A stretch of 64,000 nt of DNA from Klebsiella phage ZCKP1: the sequence record MH252123.1, one strand, 5' to 3'. Within the stretch, counting starts at the first letter, position 1, and the number at the start of each line of letters is the position of its first letter. Below the pieces are notes generated by a model, which searched no databases, was not told where the DNA came from, and saw nothing but the letters and a program-made list of their open reading frames with translations. The position numbers were made by a program, and so were the translations under genes. Shown here piece by piece: positions 29,411 through 38,605 of the stretch.

Positions 29411-30083
29411 GTGCCAGTGCCTCCTCATAAGAAATTCGGATTTTCCCATTTTTAATATCTTCTAAAGACGCTTTATATTCTTCCCAGTTAATGCCAATAG
29501 CAGCTTCTTTCTCTTCTTTTGTCAGGTTAGCAAAAGGCATAGGATTGTTTCCAAAAACATCGTCTGGGTGGATATAAGCCATGATACGAAGTGGACAAGG
29601 TATTGCCTGAATACCCTGATTCAAACCAGCAGCTTTCAAACGGTGTACCCATTCAGCATCTTCAAAACCATAGCCGTGAGTGTAAGGGCGGAAATAACCC
29701 ATCTTCTCAACAACGGCACGAGAATACATTGCAAATTGACACATTGCAAGCTCCCAGAGAATAACTTCTCCTTTACTCCCAACAACTTTATCTTTGAAAT
29801 ACTCCGGCATACCAAAGAAATCCCATCCTCCAGAGACAGCTTGATCTACAAAATATGTTTCCCATCCCTCTATGATTGGGTAGCAATCGTCGTCAAAAAT
29901 AAACCAATAATCATAACCTTCTTCATAAAACTGGTGCATAAGTTCATTCCTGGCATAAGCTACACCTTTACGATCTGGATCGTTGAATACTCGAAAATCT
30001 GCACGTGGATCTGTTACAAGGTAGTCTTTAAGTGGACGGACACCGACAGTGATAACACCCACTCCGATTTTAATATTTTCCAT
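29400..30083 (-). CDS. glycosyltransferase (GT-A-like, DxD)
   Basis: 227 aa with a DDD motif (FIFDDDCYP). Confidence 0.45.
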   Translation of the reverse strand: MENIKIGVGVITVGVRPLKDYLVTDPRADFRVFNDPDRKGVAYARNELMHQFYEEGYDYWFIFDDDCYPIIEGWETYFVDQAVSGGWDFFGMPEYFKDKVVGSKGEVILWELAMCQFAMYSRAVVEKMGYFRPYTHGYGFEDAEWVHRLKAAGLNQGIQAIPCPLRIMAYIHPDDVFGNNPMPFANLTKEEKEAAIGINWEEYKASLEDIKNGKIRISYEEALAHVK

Positions 30084-30091
30084 TTTCTCTC

Positions 30092-30655
30092 CTAAATAGT
30101 TTTACTGTGATCGTGACAGTGTAATAAATGATGTATAGACCGTTGAGGATTTGTTTGACCTAACCTGTAAATGTGAAACAGATACATTCCCCGCATCAAT
30201 CCTAACCTCTTTCCTTTTTCATGTAAAGTGCGAGAGAAAATTAAGTCGAATTGGATAGATTTTTCTTCGAAAGGAATTTCATTCCACAATGATTTTCTAA
30301 AAAGCAAAAAGAAACCTGCCAGAGGTGTTCCGAAAGGAACTTCTTCAACACTCACTTTATGATATTCTCTTGCAATCTTAGCATATTCTATATGGTTTAG
30401 AATATCTGGATCATCGTTAATTTGGTTAGAGAAAAGCTGATAACCACTGCCTAACCTGTTACAAGTTGCACCTATTACATCAAAAGGCGGGTTTGACATA
30501 ACAAGCTCTTCAAGCATAGATGGTTGATCAGGTAGGAGGAACATTGTATCGGTATCTCTTAAACACACCCAACTATCATCTGGAAGAACGGCAATGGCTT
30601 CATTGATAGCCTTGCCGATATTTCCTGTCAGATAGGGAGTAATATAATAAATCAT
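30092..30655 (-). CDS. glycosyltransferase-like protein (GT-A-like)
   Basis: 187 aa with a DTD motif (CLRDTDTMF). It is the fourth of four consecutive sugar-transferase-like genes. Confidence 0.4.
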   Translation of the reverse strand: MIYYITPYLTGNIGKAINEAIAVLPDDSWVCLRDTDTMFLLPDQPSMLEELVMSNPPFDVIGATCNRLGSGYQLFSNQINDDPDILNHIEYAKIAREYHKVSVEEVPFGTPLAGFFLLFRKSLWNEIPFEEKSIQFDLIFSRTLHEKGKRLGLMRGMYLFHIYRLGQTNPQRSIHHLLHCHDHSKTI

Positions 30656-30671
30656 TCTCCCCTCCGTTATA

Positions 30672-30863
30672 TTAACTGTCGGCTACAATCCCACGTTTAA
30701 TCATTTCTTGTTGAATCTGGATGACACGATCTCGTGCTTCCATATATTCTTTAAAAGATTCTTGGAGATGGTCACGGGCTACGTCCCGTAGTTTAATAAG
30801 TTTGTCGTTTGTCACTTCTTGAAGAGAGATCTCGCCAGTTTCATTGGTCCCAAGCGTTTTCAT
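30672..30863 (-). CDS. hypothetical protein
   Basis: 63 aa. Confidence 0.3.
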   Translation of the reverse strand: MKTLGTNETGEISLQEVTNDKLIKLRDVARDHLQESFKEYMEARDRVIQIQQEMIKRGIVADS

Positions 30864-31119
30864 TTACAACCTCCTTAATAGCTACTGCACAGTTCTTACA
30901 AATACATTGACCTTTGTTTTTAGAAATTTCAATGTAAGGTTCATTTTCGTTTTCTCCGCGTCGTGAATCGTATATTACTGTATTGAAGCAGACAACGCAA
31001 ATGTTTTTAATAACGACATATTTTTGCACTTTCTGTTTAGTGCGAAAATTGACTTCAATGACTTCTCCCATCAGTGAATCTCCCCTAAAATGTTGTTTTG
31101 AGACATTACTGCGGAGCAT
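30841..31119 (-). CDS. small zinc-ribbon protein
   Basis: 92 aa with CVVCF...CKNC. Confidence 0.35.
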   Translation of the reverse strand: MLRSNVSKQHFRGDSLMGEVIEVNFRTKQKVQKYVVIKNICVVCFNTVIYDSRRGENENEPYIEISKNKGQCICKNCAVAIKEVVNENAWDQ

Positions 31120-31418
31120 TCTACAGCATCATGAGTCCTTGCAAAACGCTCCCACAACACAGCATCTACTTTAAGAACCATACAAGGATAAATACTGTCG
31201 TTGATCATGTCAATGCTATATTTATCTACATCCTTTTCATCTTCCATAAACAAAGTAGCGTATGCTTCCAAATGTTTACGGGTGTAGTATACGTCTTCTT
31301 CGGTAAGACCGACAACCAGGTAACTTGCTACAACAACAGTATTATCTTCTTGCATTTTAACTCCCCTTTGGTAGATAGAAACCATGCACTTTATCTCGAT
31401 AAACAAGACGCATATCAC
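31071..31418 (-). CDS. hypothetical protein
   Basis: 115 aa. Confidence 0.35.
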   Translation of the reverse strand: MICVLFIEIKCMVSIYQRGVKMQEDNTVVVASYLVVGLTEEDVYYTRKHLEAYATLFMEDEKDVDKYSIDMINDSIYPCMVLKVDAVLWERFARTHDAVECSAVMSQNNILGEIH

Positions 31419-31878
31419 GTTCCCAGTGTGTCCTTATATTCCGTTTCTTGAAGTATAGAGCACCTTTAGTAACATCTAAAACAGACCGCAATTCAGGAAA
31501 ATGTTTCTCTAAATAAAGTAAACGCTCCGCTATTGCTTTTGCTTCCTGCCACTTATCTTTCTCTGTTACGTTAAAAGTTTTCGCATATGAGAATTGCCCT
31601 TTCTGGAACAAGACTTCTCTGACTGTGTTAGGGAAGTAGGTATCATTTCTTCTGTTGATTACCACATTCCCAACGGCATTCATTCCTTTTTTACCCAGAC
31701 CGCGACCTTCTGCGTAAATTGCACAAGCTAATAGAATTTTATCATTATATTGCTTTGTACATTTGTGAACTACTTTAGCGGTTTTTACGTTTGCAGCTTC
31801 GGCTTTCGCCACAACAGGTGTAAATGTAAAAGCAGTTAAGGATAGTAACGCAACTGTTACAAAGTTTTTTATCAGCAA
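31357..31878 (-). CDS. secreted cell wall hydrolase (SleB/Hydrolase_2-like)
   Basis: Cleavable signal peptide (ALLSLTAFTFTPVVAKA-EA) plus the segment ACAIYAEGRGL...VGNVVINRR...QFS, typical of the SleB/CwlJ family. Confidence 0.6.
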   Translation of the reverse strand: MLIKNFVTVALLSLTAFTFTPVVAKAEAANVKTAKVVHKCTKQYNDKILLACAIYAEGRGLGKKGMNAVGNVVINRRNDTYFPNTVREVLFQKGQFSYAKTFNVTEKDKWQEAKAIAERLLYLEKHFPELRSVLDVTKGALYFKKRNIRTHWERDMRLVYRDKVHGFYLPKGS

Positions 31879-31942
31879 ATTTTGCCTCCTTTTTAAGTTA
31901 ACGAATTTCTAGTATAACACGATAGAGGCTTTATTGCAAGAG

Positions 31943-31965
31943 GGGGATTTCTCCCCCTCAAAATC
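31943..31965 (-). terminator. stem-loop downstream of terD-like gene
   Basis: Stem AGAGGGGGA ttt CTCCCCCTC. The flanking U-tract is weak. Confidence 0.35.
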
Positions 31966-31977
31966 ATTTGTTAATTA

Positions 31978-32580
31978 TTATGGACATTCATACCATTCTT
32001 TTTTACCACCGAAGGCCATCACCACATCACAAATATCCAGACCCGCTTTGCCTACACCATATGCTTTCAGCTTCCATTCCCCATCTTCACGAACCAAGGA
32101 AGCCACGTGGCAGATTGTGTTGCCAGCTACTTCAGGAGCCAGGAAGTCAAAATCCAGAATTTCCACATTGCGCTCGGAGTCGAAGATTTTAAGCATACCT
32201 TCAGAAGCATGACCAAAACGTTTCAGACCTGTATCATCATCAATGGTCAGAACAAAGGCAATCTCTTGTGCATCAGGGGAGATTTTAGCCAGAGTAATAT
32301 CAATCTGCTCCATGCTGCCAGTTCCATCACGAACATCGTCACCAGCGAAGGTAGAACGTTCAGGATCAAACTTGTTAGCATAGCAAACCAGATGACGTGC
32401 AGACAGCATTTCAGGATTGCCAGCGGCATTGTGACGACAAACCAGTGCACTTACATCCAGATCCAGTTTAGAATCAGATTTCCAAGAGAATTCCAGGCGC
32501 AGTTCTTTCAGAGCCGGAGCAACTTTCTTCAGGGAAATTTTTTCGCTAGAGCCTTTTTTCAGGGAAATTTTATCAGTCAT
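31978..32580 (-). CDS. terD: TerD-domain protein
   Basis: 200 aa. It has the N-terminal KISLKKG..KISLKK repeat. The body (DLDVSALV..., GDDVRDG, SLVREDGEWKLKAYG) matches TerD/TerZ family architecture. Confidence 0.7.
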   Translation of the reverse strand: MTDKISLKKGSSEKISLKKVAPALKELRLEFSWKSDSKLDLDVSALVCRHNAAGNPEMLSARHLVCYANKFDPERSTFAGDDVRDGTGSMEQIDITLAKISPDAQEIAFVLTIDDDTGLKRFGHASEGMLKIFDSERNVEILDFDFLAPEVAGNTICHVASLVREDGEWKLKAYGVGKAGLDICDVVMAFGGKKEWYECP

Positions 32581-32595
32581 CTTTTGTCTCCTCTA

Positions 32596-32865
32596 TTATT
32601 TAAGTGTAATACCAGTTACAGTCAATTCTACTTCCAAAAGCTTAGATGTGTTTTGGATTGATACTAATTGTGCATGATGGTTTAGTTCTACAGCAGAATA
32701 ATCATTTTCCCCATCGTCTACTTTTAAATAAACAATGATTTCACTAAGGTCTAAACCATTTTCGTCAAATGCATTTTCATAGACGAAAGTATCTCCTACA
32801 TCCAAATCTTTAATGGTAAGGCATCGTTTATTTACTTTTTGCTCATCAATTTCGAAGTTTAACAC
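32596..32865 (-). CDS. small beta-rich protein, paralog A
   Basis: 89 aa, paralogous to 33887..34231. Shared motifs are DLDVGxTFxY...AxExxGLD and ExxLxVTxITLK. Confidence 0.4.
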   Translation of the reverse strand: MLNFEIDEQKVNKRCLTIKDLDVGDTFVYENAFDENGLDLSEIIVYLKVDDGENDYSAVELNHHAQLVSIQNTSKLLEVELTVTGITLK

Positions 32866-33094
32866 TTCTTCCTCCTAATGTTATCTCCGGTTTGTATATA
32901 CGAAGAATTATAGCATTTTCATTTTCTTTGTCAACCCATTCTTCATAATCAGGCCATACATGAATCTCTACTCTACTTACAATATCTTCCATTCGCACAG
33001 TCCCAATGAAATACTCTTTGAGACTGCGCATAATGAAAGCTTCTCTCTCACGCCAATAATTTTCTATGACTTGAGAGGCAAGCTCGTCGATCAT
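32846..33094 (-). CDS. hypothetical protein
   Basis: 82 aa. Confidence 0.35.
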   Translation of the reverse strand: MIDELASQVIENYWREREAFIMRSLKEYFIGTVRMEDIVSRVEIHVWPDYEEWVDKENENAIILRIYKPEITLGGRSVKLRN

Positions 33095-33885
33095 TTTTTA
33101 GCACCTACTTTAACAACCCACTCTCCGAACTCTTCAGATAAGAGTTTGTCATAAAGTTCTGAATCTGTCAAGTCTAAATCTTTAATGCCAATAAAACCAA
33201 CATTATCATAAGCATTTGCCAGTTCTTTCAGGAAGCCAAACTTCTCATTACCAACGCCAACCATGAACCAATAAATAGGTTTATTCTTATTCTCTTCGAT
33301 AAGATGACGAACAGCACTAGGATCACCATTCTCACCATCAGTCTGGAAGAATACAACACCAGGGGTAACGTCAGCACCTGGTTCAGATACAGCTACAACT
33401 TTTTCACGCTCTACAGACACTGTTTCAGTTTTACCAAGCAGACGATTAAAGAAGCCTTTCTTTGGAGCCTCCTCTTGCACCACTTGTTTAGTGGTAATAT
33501 ATTTAGTAACAGTACCAAAATACTCATCGTAGATATCCGCCATTACAGGGGCGTAATTTGTTCCACCTCCGATACGAACATTACGCATACATTTACCAAC
33601 ATAGTCATCGTAAACATCTGCTGTTGCTGGAGTAAGCTCTTGGGAACTCGTATTGAAGGCCCACATATCAATTTGTTGATTATCGTCGAACAGCATACCA
33701 AAAGGAAGCAGTTTACCTACAAAATCACTCACTACCCCACTAGAATATAGACCATGCATACTACCAGAAATATCTAGAGCACATGCTACACGAAGAACAA
33801 TCTTACCTTCATTCAGGTTCTTATTCTTTTTCAGAGAGAAAGCAAGGTTTTCTTGACGTTTTTTCAGGCTGATTTTCTCGGACAT
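33091..33885 (-). CDS. vWA-domain protein (TerY-like) with TerD-like N-terminal ISLKK peptide
   Basis: The N-terminus is MSEKISLKK...FSLKK. A MIDAS motif (DISGSM) and downstream T/D ligands make up the von Willebrand A fold. Confidence 0.65.
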   Translation of the reverse strand: MSEKISLKKRQENLAFSLKKNKNLNEGKIVLRVACALDISGSMHGLYSSGVVSDFVGKLLPFGMLFDDNQQIDMWAFNTSSQELTPATADVYDDYVGKCMRNVRIGGGTNYAPVMADIYDEYFGTVTKYITTKQVVQEEAPKKGFFNRLLGKTETVSVEREKVVAVSEPGADVTPGVVFFQTDGENGDPSAVRHLIEENKNKPIYWFMVGVGNEKFGFLKELANAYDNVGFIGIKDLDLTDSELYDKLLSEEFGEWVVKVGAKK

Positions 33886-33886
33886 A

Positions 33887-34231
33887 TTATTTCTCCTTCT
33901 TAAGTGTAATATTGGTAACTTCTAAATCTACTTCCACCATATTTGTATCTGGTGGGATGCAATGAGTATAGCCTCGTTGTGCTAGTGATCCATTAATACA
34001 GATCGCACTGTTTGTGGAATTTTTAATGAACACCAAGTTACGGTAGGTATCCAACCCTGCGTCTTCATAGGCATCATAATACATGAATGTGGCCCCTACG
34101 TCAAGATCTTCGAAAGCAATAGGTAAATCCTGACTTTTTTCTTCTTGAATATTGAATCTAAACACGCATACCTCCTCTACCAATTTTGAAGCCCAAATCG
34201 TAAGCTTCCTTAGTGATCTTTTGTAACTCAC
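33887..34231 (-). CDS. small beta-rich protein, paralog B
   Basis: 114 aa, paralog of 32596..32865. Confidence 0.4.
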   Translation of the reverse strand: MSYKRSLRKLTIWASKLVEEVCVFRFNIQEEKSQDLPIAFEDLDVGATFMYYDAYEDAGLDTYRNLVFIKNSTNSAICINGSLAQRGYTHCIPPDTNMVEVDLEVTNITLKKEK

Positions 34232-34721
34232 TTATAGGAAGTGTTACAAGAGGATCATCTTCTTCAATTTCCATCTTGTCATCTTCTGTTTCAATGAGAG
34301 TATTATGCACTTTGTGATAAGGGTTGTCAACACGTTTAAACTTATTCTTTTCTGTGCTGAAAAAACAATCTGGATCTTCTTCACCATCCCCCCAACCTTG
34401 GTTAGGATCTCCGTCAGATTGTTCTGTAGGGATTTCACCTGTAAAGTACTCTTCCAGCACCATAGCAATACCGTCTCTTGGATTTGAGGAATGCATTAAA
34501 TCACAAACCTTACCCCAATCCGTAGCCCATTCGAACCGTTCACGAACGCCATTTTCACCCTCTTTTCCAGAGAAAACACAACCATAACTATCATAGTTGC
34601 CATACATCTCTTCAATAACAACACCGTCCTTCAAAAGAAAGAGGTAGCAAGGTGATCCGTCGAAAGAAGTAGAAAGGGCAGCTTTGCCCGATTCTTTGCA
34701 CAAAAAGCTAAAACAACCCAT
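34158..34721 (-). CDS. hypothetical protein
   Basis: 187 aa, acidic. Confidence 0.4.
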   Translation of the reverse strand: MGCFSFLCKESGKAALSTSFDGSPCYLFLLKDGVVIEEMYGNYDSYGCVFSGKEGENGVRERFEWATDWGKVCDLMHSSNPRDGIAMVLEEYFTGEIPTEQSDGDPNQGWGDGEEDPDCFFSTEKNKFKRVDNPYHKVHNTLIETEDDKMEIEEDDPLVTLPISELQKITKEAYDLGFKIGRGGMRV

Positions 34722-34924
34722 TACAAACCCTCCTTCAGATTATCAAGAGCTACAGTGGTTTCACAAGAGTCTCCATAAGTTTTATGATGTTCCAGAAAAG
34801 CTTCGGGTCCACCCCAGTCATTATCTTGTGTATTCCAGCCATCAATAAAAGCATCTTCAATGATTGTGATCAGTTCTTGTCGGGTTAACTGGATAATATT
34901 AGGATCGTTATCGTAGTTAAACAT
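34721..34924 (-). CDS. hypothetical protein
   Basis: 67 aa. Confidence 0.3.
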   Translation of the reverse strand: MFNYDNDPNIIQLTRQELITIIEDAFIDGWNTQDNDWGGPEAFLEHHKTYGDSCETTVALDNLKEGL

Positions 34925-35089
34925 CTTCTTCCTCCTCTAAAATATGGAACCCGTAATTACAATAATCCTGAAAGGTTTCGTGCGCAAGATCTTCTATATC
35001 CTCTTGAGACATATCATCTTCAATTTCGATATCCACAACCTCATTGCATCCACACCAAGCAGTTTCAATATTCACTCGTAATATTTTCA

Positions 35090-35284
35090 TTACTCCTCCT
35101 CATTGAAGTCAATATCTGCAAGGAGTTCGAATTTACGGAAGTTACGACAACCTTCATAAATATAACAATCACGACAAACTGCTAGAACACTTGGGGGATA
35201 TATACCTCCCATCGGTGCGAATCGTTTTTCGTCATCATAACGGACACCAATGTCTTCATCAATTATATAGATACGGATTCTCAT
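35090..35284 (-). CDS. hypothetical protein
   Basis: 64 aa. Confidence 0.3.
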   Translation of the reverse strand: MRIRIYIIDEDIGVRYDDEKRFAPMGGIYPPSVLAVCRDCYIYEGCRNFRKFELLADIDFNEEE

Positions 35285-36393
35285 TTACCAAGCCCTCGTT
35301 TCACAGCAGCTACCATCCCGTCTTCCAGAGATTGAACTTCATTAATATAATCAACACGAGCAGCACGGGCTTCCGTATTGATGCGGTTAGTTTCTTCCAA
35401 CATCTTAACCAAGTTTTCCTGATCGTGACGCAGAGTTTCAATATCCAACACTTGACGGTTAGCCAGTGCTGCTGCTTCGATCTGATTCTGTGTGGCAAGA
35501 TCGCTACCCAGTTTAATTGCCAGGTTAAATTCATCAAGAACGTTATTCTGCGTCTCTGCTGCTTTCATTTGACGTAAGCTCTCGATATACATTGAGAAGT
35601 TAGCAGAGTAAGCAGGAATAACATTATTTACTATGTTACGCGCAGATCGCATTAAGCTTGCAGAAACTTTTTGCATACCTTGTACACGCGGTCCCATTTG
35701 GACACACAGTAGGCGCAATGCTTTTAAATCTGCAATACGAATCTCCAGAAGATCCAAAGTATCTCGGATCACTTGTCGCTGTTCTACTGCATCTTCTGGA
35801 AGAGCAGCCAAAGCTTGTTCTTCTTTTTCATAGGTTGCTGTTAGAAGCTGCATATCTCGGTTCAAACTTGCAGCATATTGTCCAATAGCTTGATGTAGCT
35901 TTTCAAGATATACCAAGGAATCTTCTTCTTTGCGAATATCCATTTGAAGGTTCTTTACCAACTCTTCAATACGGTTATTAACATTATCAAACTCCCCAAA
36001 CAGGTCTTCTTTCATACCCATAACTTTTTTAATGAGTTTAGTAATACCCTTGCTTTGTTTAATAGAGTTTGGATCAAGTTGTTTTGCCTGTTTAATCAAA
36101 GCTGTGAGTCGTTCACTCATCTGATCGCCTTGATTACTACGTTGATGTTTTAATACCTCGGCATTCAAGGAACGCAAGGTTGTTCCTGCCTCTGCCCCAA
36201 TCTCTTCGATCTCTTGTCGGGTCATAGAAGGCAAAACTGGAACTTCTTGCGGTGCTGCTGGTGCATAAACAGGACTGGCATCTAACACACTTGGAGCGAA
36301 TACAGATTTACTTGCATCTGTTGTTGCAGCGAATACACTCATTTCAGACTTCTTCTGACCACCAGTAGCTGCTTTTAAAAATGGACTTGTCAT
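35281..36393 (-). CDS. TelA-like (toxic anion resistance/KlaA family) protein
   Basis: 370 aa and all-helical. It has long coiled-coil heptads and conserved blocks resembling TelA. It sits in a cluster with TerD, TerC and a vWA protein. Confidence 0.55.
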   Translation of the reverse strand: MTSPFLKAATGGQKKSEMSVFAATTDASKSVFAPSVLDASPVYAPAAPQEVPVLPSMTRQEIEEIGAEAGTTLRSLNAEVLKHQRSNQGDQMSERLTALIKQAKQLDPNSIKQSKGITKLIKKVMGMKEDLFGEFDNVNNRIEELVKNLQMDIRKEEDSLVYLEKLHQAIGQYAASLNRDMQLLTATYEKEEQALAALPEDAVEQRQVIRDTLDLLEIRIADLKALRLLCVQMGPRVQGMQKVSASLMRSARNIVNNVIPAYSANFSMYIESLRQMKAAETQNNVLDEFNLAIKLGSDLATQNQIEAAALANRQVLDIETLRHDQENLVKMLEETNRINTEARAARVDYINEVQSLEDGMVAAVKRGLGK

Positions 36394-36980
36394 TCTTCAT
36401 TCTCCTCTTCTGCATCTCTTATATATGGTGAAACACCGTACTCTTTAGCTACTTTAACCCAATCATCCCATTTATACAACCATAATTTTCCTTCAGTTCC
36501 TTCTTTATCTGATTTCAACCACATGTTAGGTTGCTTACCTGGGTACATGCGATTAGGTTTACGATTATAACCTCTAACACATCTTGTCGCAAACCTATCT
36601 ACCAGAACAAGAACATATTTATATTCGTGGTTCAACGGCTCTTTGGAAGTGGCTTTAGGATTAGCCCCTAATTCTGCTGCCAGTTTTTGCCAATGAGCAC
36701 CATGCCTACTAAACTTACCCATACAACCATCAATAGCGTGAGCAATTTCGTGCTTCATTGTATCCACGATCATATCTCTTGTGGAGTTCTTATGCAAGTG
36801 CCAATTTACAACAACAATCTTATCTCGGTAGTTGCACCAACCAAAAGAGTTATTCACTTTGTTTCTAACGCAAGCTTTATATCCTGCTTCACGTAACATG
36901 TTGTAGTAAACAGGAAAATCTTCTTTTATTTCCTGCATCACTTCCCACCACAAAAGTTGCAAGTCTCTCTCGGTATGCAT
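36390..36980 (-). CDS. SprT-like zinc metalloprotease domain protein
   Basis: HExxH motif (MKHEIAHAIDG) with a downstream His, and a Trp-rich N-terminus. Confidence 0.5.
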   Translation of the reverse strand: MHTERDLQLLWWEVMQEIKEDFPVYYNMLREAGYKACVRNKVNNSFGWCNYRDKIVVVNWHLHKNSTRDMIVDTMKHEIAHAIDGCMGKFSRHGAHWQKLAAELGANPKATSKEPLNHEYKYVLVLVDRFATRCVRGYNRKPNRMYPGKQPNMWLKSDKEGTEGKLWLYKWDDWVKVAKEYGVSPYIRDAEEENEE

Positions 36981-36983
36981 AAC

Positions 36984-37577
36984 TTACACCTTAAAAGTGA
37001 AATGCGTGGTCGTGGCTTCAAAATCAGGGCCAGATAAACGTGCACTGAAATCTGAAATATTTGTAATTAAAAAGCTTTTATGCATACCTAACACAGCCAC
37101 GCTTTCAATATCTTCTACTAACATTTCAATCATGTTAGAAACATGGCTGAACGTAGGGTTTTGTTTTTTGATGGTGTAGAAAGAAAGATTCTCACCTGCT
37201 GTATAAGATACCTCTTCAAAATCTTTAATCGTATATTGTGTGCCATCAGTAAAGAAAATGGTAGCTTTATTAGTAGCACGTTTCTTGTTTTTTGGTCCTT
37301 TTTTACGTTTACTGCGAGTAGGCAAACCGTTTGGGAACACCATAGCTACAAATTCTTCAGGAGAAACCTCCTTACCGAAATCATAACCATAAGAAACAGC
37401 ATCTATAAACTCGTCGTCTTCATTTTTAAAATAATGAAAATAAGGCCAATTTGAGAGATTATCAAGCATCTTATGCTCATCCACAGCAGAGAACGTATCC
37501 CTCAAAGCGCGTGTAATTTGCAAAGCATTAGGCAAACTTTTAACACCTGTAATGGAAGTACGAATAGAAATTGTCAT
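36984..37577 (-). CDS. hypothetical protein
   Basis: 197 aa. Confidence 0.4.
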   Translation of the reverse strand: MTISIRTSITGVKSLPNALQITRALRDTFSAVDEHKMLDNLSNWPYFHYFKNEDDEFIDAVSYGYDFGKEVSPEEFVAMVFPNGLPTRSKRKKGPKNKKRATNKATIFFTDGTQYTIKDFEEVSYTAGENLSFYTIKKQNPTFSHVSNMIEMLVEDIESVAVLGMHKSFLITNISDFSARLSGPDFEATTTHFTFKV

Positions 37578-37591
37578 TGTTTTTCTCCTTA

Positions 37592-38029
37592 TTAACGTCG
37601 CTTGCTACGAGATGAACTCTTTTTACTTAAAGGGCTATTGTAAGATTTACGAGTTGTATAGCTACTATTTGTTTTAAAAGTTTGTCTCGGCTTTTCATAA
37701 GTTTTTATCTCTTGTTTAGGCTTACCATAAAAATTAGTTTTCGGTTTAGGTGTATTATAATGCTTATTAATAATCGTTCTGTTATCGTTATAATCCCCAC
37801 TGTTACGATTACTACCACCACTCATCATATGCCCTAACAACATACCTGTAGCAAACTCACCAACACCGCTACTACTAGAACCGCCACCATTGTTGATAAT
37901 AGTTGTATCTCCGTCAGATCCTTGTTGAGCGTATTGTTGAGGAGGTTGTTGGTATTGTGCAGGATTTGTTTCATCCTCGCAAGCTGTTAAAAAGATACAA
38001 CCAATTAAAATCAGGGCTAGTTTTTTCAT
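37592..38029 (-). CDS. lipoprotein (Gly/Ser/Gln-rich)
   Basis: Start set at the ATG (MKKLALILIGCIFLTAC) at 38027-38029 with RBS AGGAAA. Lipobox is LTAC. The mature part is Q/P-rich then G/S-rich. Confidence 0.55.
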   Translation of the reverse strand: MKKLALILIGCIFLTACEDETNPAQYQQPPQQYAQQGSDGDTTIINNGGGSSSSGVGEFATGMLLGHMMSGGSNRNSGDYNDNRTIINKHYNTPKPKTNFYGKPKQEIKTYEKPRQTFKTNSSYTTRKSYNSPLSKKSSSRSKRR

Positions 38030-38216
38030 ATTTGCTTTCCTCATTTTGACTATTAATACATCTGTGTTTGAAATCTCCAGAGAAGCAATAAAGTTGCTCT
38101 CCATCTCGGTATAAACTTACTTTACTGCCGTTGATTACGCTTGTCAATACAAAAATTACAACAAACAACCCTATTGCAAAACAAATATTTTCAAACACAA
38201 TCAACAAGTATTTCAT
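37971..38216 (-). CDS. small membrane protein (N-terminal TM)
   Basis: 81 aa. Its TM helix (LLIVFENICFAIGLFVVIFVLTSV) overlaps the lipoprotein gene start in another frame. Confidence 0.3.
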   Translation of the reverse strand: MKYLLIVFENICFAIGLFVVIFVLTSVINGSKVSLYRDGEQLYCFSGDFKHRCINSQNEESKYEKTSPDFNWLYLFNSLRG

Positions 38217-38563
38217 TTTAAAAATACCTCATCATCAGTTTCATTATCCCAGAAGAACAAATCCCAACCATTCGGATCATTCCATTTGGCTGCTGGAGAA
38301 GTCCATATTTGTTCGATATCAATATTCAAAACTTCACCGTTTCGTTTTGAAACAGCTTTAGTTAATTCCCAATGAGATACAGGCTCTACTTCCCCTGAAC
38401 CACTCCCACAACAAGCTACCACGTTAGGAGGCAACTTAATTGGATCTTTGGTCACGATCATAACGCTTACCCCAGGGTAAACTTTTGAAAGATAATCTAA
38501 AACGTAATCCACATCACCAGATAAATCCCAAACAAGTTCTTGAATTTCATCAAAATTATTCAT
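38213..38563 (-). CDS. hypothetical protein
   Basis: 116 aa. Confidence 0.4.
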   Translation of the reverse strand: MNNFDEIQELVWDLSGDVDYVLDYLSKVYPGVSVMIVTKDPIKLPPNVVACCGSGSGEVEPVSHWELTKAVSKRNGEVLNIDIEQIWTSPAAKWNDPNGWDLFFWDNETDDEVFLK

Positions 38564-38579
38564 AAGTCTCTCCTATAAA

Positions 38580-38598
38580 ATAGCCTCCCGAAGGAGGC
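38580..38598 (-). terminator. rho-independent terminator downstream of terC
   Basis: On the - strand AGCCTCC ttcg GGAGGCT is followed by ATTTTATAGG. Confidence 0.5.
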
Positions 38599-38605
38599 TC
38601 ATCTA

